NCBI RefSeq assembly: GCF_964204645.1 | Contig: NC_134033.1 | Span: forward strand, 1,384,131-1,448,130 | Length of the DNA: 64,000 nt | Source: Tubulanus polymorphus | Lineage: Eukaryota > Animalia > Nemertea | Direction: 5' to 3' | Shown here: positions 1 to 12,340 of the stretch, one piece after another | Numbering within the stretch: the first letter of the stretch is position 1 | Layout of the letters: the number at the start of each line of letters is the position of its first letter | The notes under the pieces: generated by a model | The model's input: only the letters and a program-made list of their open reading frames with translations | Told to the model about the DNA's origin: nothing | The model's database searches: none | Made by a program: the position numbers and the translations under genes

Positions 1-1065
1 TATAAGGACCGTATCGAAGACGGTCTCCGTCAAAACCGTTCGGTTCGAGGAATAGTCGCGGTAACCGTGCCCGGGGTGACGCTTCAGTGGACCGGATACC
101 GCAAGTGCCCGACTGTCACGTGGTTTCTGACCTTGGCATTCACGACAGACGAGGATTTCTACCATTTGAAGGCCGACGATAAAAAACGGTTTCGTCTGCT
201 CGAGAAACGGAACGACCACTGGCACGTGACCGGTCGTTCGCTCGGTATTGAAGATTTGCGCGATCGCGACGCGGAGGAGCCGTTAGAACGACTGCACCTC
301 CGTCTACCGGCCGAACGCGGAAGCTCCACTTTGATCGCCATCACGAAGCTTTTAAAACATCCATACCCGCTGACCCACTTATACCTGGACGGAGGCGCCC
401 CCGACGATCCGGAAGACTACACGAACCATCTCAAAAACGTCATCCCAAATCTTCGAGAATTACGTCTCGGTTCGTTGATACGTTCGAACGGTCACGTGGA
501 CTTTGTCCGAGTCGTCCGATTGGCCAATAACCTACGAACCGTCCAGGTGGGCGTGGATATGAATAACACGTCTCGTAATGTCTGTCAATCAATCGGTCAG
601 TTGGTGAATTTAACCGGATTTCACGCCGGCTTGAACACCTACCACTGGCCGACGACCTTGGGATGTTACCCGGCGCTCGCAGATTTGACTATCTACCTGA
701 AAAACGACGAACAAACTCAAAACATCCTCGACTTCATGAATCACAGCCGATCACGTGATCTACGCGTGCTCCGACTGGAAACCGGAAGCGGTTACGAACA
801 GCCGGAAGTGGACGACGTAACCGCCATATTGGATTCGATCGGAAATCACGAGAATCTGATATCGGCGCGATTGTGTTTCTTAGGCGTTGAACTATCGGAG
901 GCGCAAATCGCGCAGATTGCAGAAATTATCGGCGATCACATCGGTCTCGTACATCTGAGTCTATTCACGAGAAACAGCGCCACCTTGCTAGAGCAGGAAG
1001 AACTAAAAGATGCCCTTCGCCGATCCGTTCGACCGCGCTTCGTCGAAACAAAATTCACTCGATAA
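1..1065 (+). CDS. Intronless leucine-rich-repeat-like (RNI-like/F-box-associated) protein, 5'-truncated by window edge
   Basis: Frame +1 is open from base 1 (YKDRIEDGLRQN...) to TAA at 1063-1065; the track start at 67 is a GTG. Recurrent LxxLxL motifs (LERLHLRL, LTHLYL, LRELRL, LADLTI, LRVLRL, LVHLSL). Base composition is coding-like relative to the flanks. Confidence 0.5.
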   Translation, partial: YKDRIEDGLRQNRSVRGIVAVTVPGVTLQWTGYRKCPTVTWFLTLAFTTDEDFYHLKADDKKRFRLLEKRNDHWHVTGRSLGIEDLRDRDAEEPLERLHLRLPAERGSSTLIAITKLLKHPYPLTHLYLDGGAPDDPEDYTNHLKNVIPNLRELRLGSLIRSNGHVDFVRVVRLANNLRTVQVGVDMNNTSRNVCQSIGQLVNLTGFHAGLNTYHWPTTLGCYPALADLTIYLKNDEQTQNILDFMNHSRSRDLRVLRLETGSGYEQPEVDDVTAILDSIGNHENLISARLCFLGVELSEAQIAQIAEIIGDHIGLVHLSLFTRNSATLLEQEELKDALRRSVRPRFVETKFTR

Positions 1066-1102
1066 TTCAATTCCGATGACGTCATAAAATGTCTGCCTCC
1101 TG

Positions 1103-1202
1103 GGCCTAGTTCCACAGTTGTGAGTTAGAAATAATTCAGTTCTTTTTCAGTTCATTTTCAACTTCAAAGTAAAATCTTAACTCAGAACTGTGGAACTAGA
1201 TC
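1103..1202. mobile_element. ~100-bp MITE family 1 (PIF/Harbinger-like, CWG TSD)
   Basis: TIRs GGCCTAGTTCCACAGT / ACTGTGGAACTAGATC, flanked on both sides by CTG; central TTCATTTTCAA. A further copy lies at ~1328-1428. Confidence 0.7.
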
Positions 1203-1894
1203 CTGAATTCCATCCTATGTCGAATTGGTTTGTGAAGGTGATTCGATATGATGTCGTTGAAGGGGGGGGGTTATATGAAGGTGGCCATGTTTTCTGGAAG
1301 GGTCTTCATAGATCAGGTTACCAGCTGGATCCAGTTCCACAGTTGTGACATACAGTTAGTTCTGAGTTGAAGTTAGTTCATTTTTTCAATGAGTTAACTC
1401 ACAGTCAGATCTCGGAACTGTGGGCCCAGTAGATTATGATGACGTCATTAAATGGATTAATGACAAGGTTGAAACGATCTATACGAATATTTGATGACGT
1501 CAAAGGGGGATTTAGGGAGCAGCCATCTTTCCTGGTGTTTAGACGAGATTAACAGATAAATCGGTGATGTCTTAGGGAGATTTTTGGATTAAGCCATCTT
1601 TTCTGGAATCCGTTTATAGGGCAAATGTCTAGAAGGTAATTTGATGATGTCATAATTCGGTTACTAACTCCCTGGTCATTCAAACAGACAACCCGATACC
1701 GGCTTCATTCATGTTCTGCGCACGCATGTCTGTCGTCTGCTGATACTAGATCCGTATCGGAAACAAGACTACATCATATTCACCCGGATATTGGAGCAGG
1801 CGAGTGTAATAATCGATATCCATCTCAACTGGTTTAGAAGAATTGTTCTATCGTGCTCAAGTCGGTGAAGATTGACCAGGCTTAATTTCCATTT

Positions 1895-2340
1895 CCGAGA
1901 AAAAAAGGTTTTGCTTGTTCCTGGGAATTGATATAGAGGTTCTGCTTGTTCCTGAGACTCAAAAGGTTTCGCTTATTCCCGAGAAAAAAGGTTTTGCTTG
2001 TTCCTGAGAAAAAAGGTTTTACTCGTTCCTGAGAAAAAGGTTTTGCTTATTCCTGAGAAAAAGGTTCTGCTTGTTCCTGAGAAAAAAGGTTTTGCTCGTT
2101 CCTGAGAAAAAGGTTTTGCTTATTCCTGAGAAAAAAGGTTTTGCTCGTTCCTGAGAAAAAGGTTCTGCTTATTCCTGGGAAAAAAAGGTTTTGCTTGTTC
2201 CTGAGAAAAAGGTTCTGCTCGTTCCTGAGAAAAAGGTTTTGCTCGTTCCTGAGAATTAATATAAAGGTTCTTGTTCCTGAGACAAAGAGGTTTACTTGTT
2301 ACTGACAAAAAAAGGTTTTGTTTCTGAGAAAAAAAGGTTC
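1895..2340. repeat. Minisatellite, ~25-26 bp unit GAGAAAAAAGGTTTTGCTTGTTCCT
   Basis: Direct tandem repetition with a variable A-tract. Confidence 0.9.
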
Positions 2341-3230
2341 TGATTATGCTTAATATTCACACTTGGCTCTACCCATTTAGTTTGTGCATATAGTGTGCTT
2401 TATGTCGAGATCCCTCTTTGCTTCTTTTAACATCTCTGTGTTATTGCATACCATAATTTTGATAACATTATTATATTATTCCTACTGAAGATGATTACGT
2501 ATTAAGAAAACAGTCAAAATGTGAAATAAACTACACTATCTCTCAATGAAACAGTTCGGATTTCTTTTTCATTATTAAAGTGGGATCTGATACCAACTAA
2601 ATCTATAAATTCAACCGAAACAACCTTGAACATTAATGTCGAGCGCCAATACGATGACCTTTACGCCCTTGCAAAGCACCCTGAAGAACAAACAACTACT
2701 CGGTCTCTAGATTCTACTGACGTATCGATTTTCGGATTGGTTTTCGCTGTTGTTGTTGTGGTGGTAACTCATCCCGCGCTCCTCCCGTTCCGCTGTTCAT
2801 TGATATTTTATGTCTATCGGAAAAAATCGAAATGACATACATTTTTACTTATCGCTTCAGGCTGTTCTTAAATTAGTAACGTTTTCGCCAATAATAACTT
2901 GCGTGTGAAATGTACTGCAGAAAGTTCAAGTACCCCCTAAACCAAGAACAAAATGGCGACTGGTTGTATTTATATAAAGCCACTCACTCTCCCCTCAGAA
3001 CTTCAGTCTCGAAGTATTACCGTTAATCTAGCTTTTAAATCCCACTTTAAGTATTCACGAATACCGCCTTGAACCACACACTCCCCTCCCCCAAATAGTA
3101 TTGGAAACCGATACGTGTGCAACTTTATCCTCGAGTCCAAAATTCTACCAGATGGTGAATGCATCGTTAAGAAACGACTGTCAGACAAATATATGATCGA
3201 GTTCAATGTTCAAAAATAGATAGGATACTT

Positions 3231-3933
3231 ACTCTCCCAGTCTGGACGGTATCTCCTAATGGGTAGGGGACCACTCTCCCAGTCTGGACGGTGTCTCCTA
3301 ATGGGTAGGGGACCACTCTCCCAGTCTGGACGGTGTCTCCCAATGGGTAGGAGACCACTCTCCCAGTCTGGACAGTGTCTCCTAACGGGTAGGGGACCAC
3401 TCTCCCAGTCTGGACGGTGTCTCCTAATGGGTAGGAGACCACTCTCCCAGTCTGGACAGTGTCTCCTAATGGGTAGGGGACCACTCTCCCAGTCTGGACG
3501 GTGTCTCCTAATGGGTAGGACACCACTCTCCCAGTCTGGACAGTGTCTCCTAATGGGTAGGGGACCACTCTCCCAGTCTGGACGGTGTCTCCCAATGGGT
3601 AGGAGATCACTCTCCCAGTCTGGACGGTATCTCCTAATGGGTAGGAGACCACTCTCCCAGTCTGGACGGTATCTCCTAATGGGTAGGAGACAACTCTCCC
3701 AGTCTGGACGGTATCTCCTAATGGGTAGGAGACCACTCTCCCAGTCTGGACGGTATCTCCTAATGGGTAGGGAACCACTCTCCCAGTCTGAACGGTGTCT
3801 CCTAATGGGTAGGAGACAACTCTCCCAGTCTGGACGGTGTCTCCTAATGGGTGTAGGAGACCACTCTCCCAGTCTGGACGGTGTCTCCTAATGGGTAGGA
3901 GACCACTCTCCCAGTCTGGACCGTGTCTCCTAA
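3231..3933. repeat. Minisatellite, 42-bp unit CTCCTAATGGGTAGGAGACCACTCTCCCAGTCTGGACGGTGT
   Basis: About 16 near-identical copies; this explains the 14-aa-periodic ORFs on both strands. Confidence 0.95.
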
Positions 3934-4843
3934 ATGCATGAAATAAAATAATCAACATCCCTCGTATGATTCCATTATATTAAATTGTACCTCTAAGATA
4001 AGATCAAATAAGATAATCGTTTATTTTCTCAAGACTAATGTCGTACAAATAATATATGAATCACGATAGTAGGGAATAACAATATTTGGATATATTTCAA
4101 TTTAAATTCATCGAAATAAATACATAAAATTATATATACGTCAAGATAAGATGAATTAATCGCCCAATTTCTTTATAATAAACATTTCACTTCATAGAAT
4201 ATAGAAAATTTAACAGCATTATTTTTAAATGTGTTTTGAGATTTGGAACGTTTTGGCGAAGTGCAGCAGGGTACAATCAAAATATACAATAATATACAAT
4301 TTTTCTGATGAAAAACTGTTCTCGTAATTTTCGACATTGATTCATATTTTACTCTGATTTCATCTAAAGTCAACATCATACTTTCACATTCGTATTTATC
4401 GAAGAGTTCTCGGCAACTCCTGCACAAGTTGGTGGACCCAGAGTTGGATGTATGTCATATTTTTTACTCATCGACACCACGTTTGAATTTAGGCATTATT
4501 TTTCTAGACATTGATTTCCTGGATGGAATGCATCAGTTCAGTCGTTATCTATACAAGGCAATGAATGCAAAAAATAAAGAATAAAAGGCTTAAAGACAGT
4601 ATTAAAAGAAAGGTTAGAACGCATCAAGTTGCTCTTTGCAACGCTAAAACACAGTATCTAAACATACTGCCTACTGCTTAAATTTTGCCCTATTGCAAAA
4701 ATAGGGGTAAGGGTGAGTTGAAATGTACCTCAACATTACCATTATGCCAACGTGACTGGATTGTGTAAAAAAAAAAATGCTGAAAATCGAAAATTGTGTT
4801 TTCGATTTGTATGGCGGAATTATGATAATGAAATTCAATGATC

Positions 4844-7635
4844 TTACAAGAAAGTCAGTATAATAGGTTTAGTCATTGCACACCATGCGCAATACCCGTC
4901 ACATTTCACGGAAAATACCGTATCATTCGACTCCACAATGCTTAGAGTAACGCTGAAACCGTGTTTCTTGTATTGGGGCTGAAATATTTTAAAAAAATAT
5001 ATATTCATCACAACAAAATCGCAGTTTAAATCAGATATGGCAAATTTTTGTCTGACTCGCCCACAAACGAAATCGGTTTCTGGCTTCCTTAAGTGTATTT
5101 CGAAGAAATTAGGATTGCCTACTGCATTTCACAGAAATGCCGCTAGGGGACCGTACGGTGCTGCCACCAACTAGGTATCCATGGTACATGTATTTATTCA
5201 AATATAAACGAAATTCATCAATGAAATCAAAAATTGTTTTTTTCACTTTTGAAATGATGAATAAATTTTGTTTTTTAAAACGTCTTGGATTCGTGCAATC
5301 ATAGTCAGTTTAACTTCAAACTTTCAAATTACCGTTTCAGCGAATTTGAAGCCGGTTTGGTTCAAGTTCATTTTGCCCCATCCAACACTCCCTCGATCAC
5401 AGTCGCAACTATATCCGTATGGTTTCAGTATTCCAGACCACGGGTTCGTCGCGAAAGTGTAGTCGCTCGCCTCAACTTGTAGCGTCTGTAGAAATAAAGA
5501 TTGTCAATTTGATCTAAAATACTCCAGACTTCTAAACTATCTGATAGTGACTTGATATATAATTCAAAGCCTACACTAGTGATTTGAACTGTCCAGAAAT
5601 TGTATTAATCCATTCATAAAAAAATATCAAATTTTCAGAGTTCATATTTTTCAAACAACCATTTTAGTTGACACAATTGAAATGTCGATATACCCCCTGG
5701 CGGATACGTACCAGCGGATTTATCCTTATTTTAGTGAATCGGGAATAACCGTGTTGACTCCACCTGCTTCCGGGACAATTGACGAAGTTTTCGCTACTTC
5801 CGGTTGGTAAGGTCAGGAATTCGGTGTACTTCCGGTGACAGTAGAGACGCATCGGGCTGGTTCTGTTGTAGTAGATCACGTGATCCTTATCGGGCTGATC
5901 GTCTGCCAACCATAACTCTTTACAGCAACGAGGCCGATCCTGTTTCTGAAATACATTAGAAAAAATGGCTGCCTCCTTTTAATCCCCCCTATTACGTCAT
6001 CGAATTGCCCCGTGGTTTGATCTTTTAGATAATTCAAGATAAAGATGGCTGTCTTTTGAAATTCCCCTATGACATCATCAAATTGTCCAACAAATTCTCG
6101 TGAATTCCTCAATGAATTCCCATATGACGTCATTGAATTGATCTATCAACGCCGCCTATCATGATTTGATGAGACGAATAATTAATGACCGCCTCCTTAA
6201 ATCCACACGTGACATCACCGAGAAAATGCCTCTTGATCATTTTAGGAAAGATGCCTGCCTCTGCATATCCCCCCATGACATCATCAATTGCTGCCTCATT
6301 ATCTAATGCGGACCCGTTCAGGACCACCCTATGATATCATTATCTAATCCATGCGGACCCGTTCAGGACCACCCTATGATATCATTATCTAATCCATGCG
6401 GACCCGTTCAGTACCACCCTATGATATCATTATCTAATCCATGCGGACCCGTTCAGGACCACCCTATGATATCATTATCTAATCCATGCGGACCCGTTCA
6501 GGACCACCCTATGATATCAGTATCGACGTATTCAAAGTACGATATTCTTCCCTTGACCTTTAGTTGGAAAGTTCTGTTCTCCACATTTTAGTTTCGGTAT
6601 TTCTAGTTGTTGAATTATTCAAAGCTTGACACAATTCAAATTATTGCAAAAATATCGTTTTTCCGTTGACGGAGTATTTTGAATAAATAGCCAATGCTGA
6701 CATAGCTACCGAGTCGTCATGCTGGCGCTGATGAAGTAGAATGGTAGCCGATTAGGGCCACCAATTTTCTTACGAGTCCCGAATGAGTCACCTTAACAAT
6801 GCGTCCAGCTGGTGAAACGAGGCAACACAGAACAGATTCTTATAATAACCATAAATCCAGTACTGGAACCAGGATCCAGTACTGGAACCAGTTCCACAGT
6901 TCTGGATCCAGTTCCACTGTTACTGGATCAAGTTACACAATTAATGGACCCAGTTCCACAGTTCTGGATCCAGTTCCACAGGTCTGAACCCAGTTCCACA
7001 GTTCTTGATCCAGTTCCACAGTAACTGGACCCAGTTCCACAATTATTGGGCCCCAAATCCACATTTCTGGACTCGGATTTGAATTGAATTTCTCAATCGG
7101 TTAGTCCTACAATAAGTTCTATAGATTAAGAATACCTTCTCGGCTAAGAAAATGATACCTTGTTTCTCCTAATAGGCCGAGTCATGTTATAAACTGAGAT
7201 AAAATTTGTGATCAGTTCATTTCTGTAACTGCCGGGTCTGGTAAAGGCCGGGCCGACTTTAAAGCTCAGCCAAAATGAGAAACAAGGTATACGGCTAGGA
7301 CATTTAAGCCTTACCTTAAAAGCCGATATGACCGACTCGTTCCCGGATGTGACCAAACTCGCTGCGCACGCATCTCGATCGGAAAGTTGACAACGTCGTC
7401 GTATCGGCAAATAATTCGCCGACAAACAATCAGGGTGTTGACTACAATGTTTGAAACAGTCGAAGTCGTTTCTACAAGGTAGTTCCTCCAGGTAAGGTTT
7501 ATCCAGCATTAAACCGGGCATAAACCGGGCTATACTAAACCAGCCTGATGTCATAGAGCTCTGCTCGCTGATATCAATAAACCACAAGAACACGATAAAC
7601 TTGTAAAAAACGATGTAGTGAAAACCACCGCTCAT
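4844..7635 (-). CDS. Secreted PAN/Apple + GON domain protein, paralogue A (280 aa, 4 exons)
   Basis: complement(join(4844..4978,5333..5485,5712..5945,7315..7635)); all GT-AG, phase 0. Hydrophobic N-terminus; PAN pattern (CFKHCSQHPDCLSANY...RCQLS); GON-like region (RPRCCKEL...MRLYCH..TEFLTLP..ENF..GYSRFTKIRIN|TLQVEASDYTFA..PYGYSCDC..GKMNLNQTGF|..CDGYCAWC). Confidence 0.85.
6295..6520. repeat. 45-bp minisatellite in intron 1 of PAN-GON A
   Basis: ATGATATCATTATCTAATCCATGCGGACCCGTTCAGGACCACCCT, ~5 copies. Confidence 0.9.
6860..7075. repeat. ~21-bp minisatellite (CTGGATCCAGTTCCACAGTT) derived from the MITE family 1 terminus
   Basis: Unit equals TSD+TIR of MITE family 1; the same array type occurs at 44900-45270, 54022-54232 and 55525-55960. 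Confidence 0.85.
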
Positions 7636-8899
7636 TTTAGAATCTTCGTGAAAATTTCTCTCTCTCCCTCTCCCTCTACTCCCACTGGGTTATTCGTAAT
7701 GCGCTACCGCGTCATCCGTCAACCAAAAAACTGTGTTTTTACGCAATTTATCTGGTATCGAAAATCGAAAGTCGAATGTCAGTGTTCTAGAAAACGTTAC
7801 CGAGTCATCCGTCGACCAAAAAATTGCGTTTTTACTCAATCGGGTATTGAAAATCGAAAGTCGAGTTGTTATAGAAAAGTTCTATATTTTTTGTTTTACG
7901 CAGTGTGGCTGGATACCCCCTGTTTGGCAATGGTTGTAAATATTGGAAAATTCGAGCTCGTTTGAAAAACCGATAGTGCATTTCATCATGTTATCCTATT
8001 ACGTGGAAACATAATCAATAAATCATAAACCACGTGAAACGGGTCATTTAAGGAACTAGCAACGCGACGATGGCAAGTGAGGATCCACCAGGTGTCGCTA
8101 GCATGCATCCAGACCGATGGTCTATGGTTAGAATGCTCCATTACGTGGACATATAATCTATAAATCATAAACCACATATTTCCATTTGTGGCAAGTGAGG
8201 ATCCACCAGGCGTCGCTTGTATCGGGAACGACGGTCTAGGGGTCCAATTGAACAGTGACAAAATGAAGATCCACCAGGTGTCGCTAGTATGAATCGAGAC
8301 CGATAGTCTATCGTTATCGTTATTCAATCTCGTCAAAAAGCACCGGGGGCAACATTGACAATAAAATGTTGGCCATTTATTCAAATTCGTGCCTTAGATT
8401 AATTTCAATTGCGCTACGCAACTTTGAAATTCATTTTTTAAGTCTTAAATGATGAAAACCAAAAAAGGCATCGATGACGAATTTGCAGTAAGCGTCTCAA
8501 GTCATGTACAAGGCTGCAGAATCCGTTTCCTTCTCTGCCGAGACGGTCAGAAACTAAGATGATCATTCTGAGCATAGTTTCAACGTTTGACTTATCTACC
8601 AACTTATTCAAAGCTGAAAAATGAAATGACCTCATAATCGGCCGGGTCACTATATTTGTAAGCTGCAATAAAATTTACATTGAAAATCGTCGAGACGATT
8701 GTACGATTTAACCCTATATACAAAATATATACACATTATCAGGACAATCTAACCATAATAATCAGAAAAAAGGGACCTCTTTTTATGACTTTTAAAACAC
8801 GTCTTTTCCTTGTAAACTTTTGTCACGCCTTGTTCAGTGTACATTACGCAACGTCGACGCAATTTCTATGTACAACAAACTATGTATGTTTCCCATTAA

Positions 8900-8980
8900 C
8901 CCTTTCAGTGCGTCTACACCGCAAAAATTTTCAAATTATCTCCAGCACTATGGGTTATTGATTAGTCAGCGCTGAAAGGG
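8900..8980. mobile_element. 81-bp piggyBac-like MITE
   Basis: TTAA-CCCTTTCAGTGC ... GCGCTGAAAGGG-TTAA: CCC/GGG termini with TTAA on both sides (8896-8899, 8981-8984). Confidence 0.75.
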
Positions 8981-9802
8981 TTAAACCAGTTTGTACAAAT
9001 GTGATGAGTAATAAATATACACTGCATATAACACAAAGTATGACAAATTATTTAAGTAAGGTTTTAATCGGACAGAGTTCGATCGGTTGTTTATTTTCAC
9101 CTGTTTCGTCGCCAGCGTCTATTTACAGCAGAAACTTTCAATAAAACAGATTTTTTCGCAATGATTTTGAGAGGAATCTTCAATTTGAGAATTGAATCTC
9201 AAATTTAAAAAGTCTTCTCAATTAATCTGCAGTTATAGGTAATTTTTCATTTTCGCTGATAGCAATGCGCCAGGCCTGAATCAACTGTGGTCACGAAGCA
9301 CATAGAAAGAGAGAGAGAGGCTGGATTTCCTGGGGTCGTCAGGTTTATCGTCTAGCACTTTTTGTATATTGCCACTGTTCATTTTGAGTTATGGGTTATT
9401 CACATGCAAATTATATAATTCAAGCAATTAAGTCCAGTTTGTAAGTTCCTAATAGTTGAATCTGATAGAATAACTGTGTTGTTGTCTTTAATCGTTTTCG
9501 CGAATAAGTAAGATTTAATCACTTAGTCTATTTAATCAGCCAATCGTTCCTGAAAGGTTTTTGAAACCGATTTCACTGAAGAAAATTTGTATTTCATAAA
9601 TGAAGAGGCTCGGAATTGAAGTGGTGACAAGTTTTCTCCCTGCCATACGCCAATTGAACAGTTGAAAAAATTTGAATGCAGATGATTTCGCCGCAGAGAA
9701 GCTAGTTACACGTTTTCGTAAATAGATATTGGAATCGAGGAGTTTCGATCATTGATCCGTTATTTGAATTAACAATATCTGCGTGCATCGATCAAACGTC
9801 AT

Positions 9803-12340
9803 TTACAAGAATGTCAGTACGATAGGTTTTTTCAACTCACACACTCCGCATTCGCCGTAACAAATAACCAGAGAAACTGTGTCGGTCGACTCCGAAATAT
9901 GCACAGACGGCCTCAAGCCGATCGCCGAGTACTGAGGCTGCAATATATAGATACAGAATATCTAGATGTGATACACATTTGCGTACGGCAGAATTGAAGA
10001 AAAAAGATCCACAAATATGGAGACAATAATAGTATAAACTGGTATCGAACGAGATCGAAAGAAATTTGGATTCTATCTTTAATGGAATTTTAGACCGACG
10101 TATGAATCATTTGTTATTTTCATTGCTCTCCGAAATCTTACAGAAAATATTGTATCGATATTACCGGCGTTTTGCGTATCTAAACTAAGGCTTCAAACGT
10201 GTTTTGAGAATCTATTCTAAATGGTTATTGTTACCGTTTCGGCGAATTTGAATCCGGTTTCGTTCAAGTTCATTTTCGATGTTCCTACTGTGCCCTTTTG
10301 GCAGTCGCAGCTATATCCGTACGGTTGCAGTATTCCAGACCACGGGTTCGTCGCGAAAGTGTAGTCGTTCGCCATAACTTGTAGCGTCTGTAGAAATAAA
10401 GATTCTAGACTTTCATTTTAGAAATCGCTGGCTACCTTCAATACCGCCTATGACATCATGTAAATTATCTATGGATCCTTATTAGAAAGAATGGTTGCCT
10501 TCTTTAATTCCTCCTAGTATAACATCATTAAATTAAGTTGACATACTCTCTACGACATTGGCACTTCCATGGCTACCCTCATCATTTCCCGTATGACATC
10601 ACAGACAAATAACCAAACGATTTGTTGATTTGTATCTAAACCTTGCTCTGGTGGATACGTACCAGCGGATTTATCCTTATTTTAGTGAATCGGGAATAAC
10701 CGTGTTGACCCCACGTGCTTCCGGGACAATTGACGAAGTTTTCGTCACTTCCGGTTGGTAAGGTCAGGAATTCGGTGTACTTCCGGTGACAGTAGAGACG
10801 CATCGGGACGGTTCTGTTGTAGTAGATCACGTGATCCTGATCGGGCTGATCGTCTGCCAACCACAACTCTTTACAGCAACGAGGCCGATCCTGTTTCTGA
10901 AATACATTAGAAAATATGGCTGCCTCCTTTTAAACCCCCCTATTACGTCATCGAATTGATCTACAAACCCATTTGGACTGCCACTATGACATGAACCTTT
11001 GCGGTTGGCTCCATCACAATTATTGATCTATAGACACAATAATGGCTGCCTCTTTAAAACTCCCTTTGACGTGGATTTAAAAAGCTCCATTCTGACACGT
11101 TAAGCCGCCCTGCGATATAATCAATAACAGCGACTCGCTCATCCCCTCATTCTCTAGCCCCCCCCCCCCTCTTCCCCACTTCCCCTCATCCCCTCTCCCC
11201 TCACCACTCACTCTCTGCCCCCTCATCCCCTACCAATGATAAGTATCTCGTTGAAATCGTCAATTATGTCTACAGTGTTCAGATATTTTTAGTTGTACCA
11301 TTTATAATTTATGTATCTACATTTTAAGAGGCTGGGCCAGTTATTGGAATATATATTAGTTATAAGAGTACACGGCTACACATAGGGTTGAACACAAAGT
11401 ACAAACCATTCTGCAAAAACGCAAACAGTTTGTAGTTGTTGAAATATCCAACAGAACAAATTTCAGGATTATTTCAGATCTCAGAAAAGGCTGGGCTTTA
11501 GTAAAATCGGCAATGTAAAACTAGCGACTAATATTTGAATTTGGCTAAGATTTTGTTCGTCGTCCCAAAAAGTTATACTAATAACAATTATAATCACTAT
11601 CCTTTTCACTCATTTCAGTAACAATAGCGACTGAAATATACAATTCTACACAAAATAACTGCAGTTGCAAGGATTCCCTTTTCCAATATAACCGTTCCAG
11701 TGAAGGCCCGGTTGGTCAGTGTAACGGTACGGTCATAGCGACACAATGGAACGCCTAGCCCGGCTAAGGGCCAAATTGCGTAGGCGTGACTGACAAAAAG
11801 TGGACTGGGCTTAAGTTTTCAGATAATCAGAAGAACCTGATCTTGAATCTACGCAATGACTGTAAAAAACTCACCCCAGGTCTATAGAACTCTTAACTAT
11901 ACCGTCATTTACCGTTAAAGGTTCCTCAATTCAGGACTCTCAGTTTTCGACCTGGAATTCCTGGCAATATCTCAATATCGCTAAGTTTTGCTAGTTCTTT
12001 AGACTTAACCTTCATTTACCTTAAAAGTCGATATGACCGATTCGTTCCCGGATGTGACCAAACTCGCTGCGCACGCGTCTTGATCAGAAAGTTGACAACG
12101 TCGACGCGTCGGGAAATAGTTCGCCGACAAACAATCAGGTTGTTGACTGCAACTCACAAAACAGTCCAACGCGCAACCGGAAGTGAAATCAGCGATATAA
12201 GGCTGGTCCAGTATCATACCGGGCGTTAACTGGTTTGAATAAAACCAGCGTGACGTCACTGAGCCCTCGCTGCCGTCTGCTGCGCACCATAACAACAACA
12301 AGGTGATAAACTTAAAATCTCCGTCTTTATAACAACGCAT
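9803..12340 (-). CDS. Secreted PAN/Apple + GON domain protein, paralogue B (280 aa, 4 exons)
   Basis: complement(join(9803..9937,10235..10387,10663..10896,12020..12340)). Exon lengths 321/234/153/135 are identical to paralogue A. Signal-like MRCYKDGDFKFITLLLLWCAADG; ends CYGECGVCELKKPIVLTFL*. Confidence 0.85.

Noticed and set aside
3203-3958. 251-aa and 210-aa ORFs with 14-aa periodicity
   Set aside because: By-product of a stop-free 42-bp minisatellite; no splice or domain support.
4173-4530. Possible transposase or zinc-finger remnant (CRSC motif)
   Set aside because: Too short and interrupted to assign.
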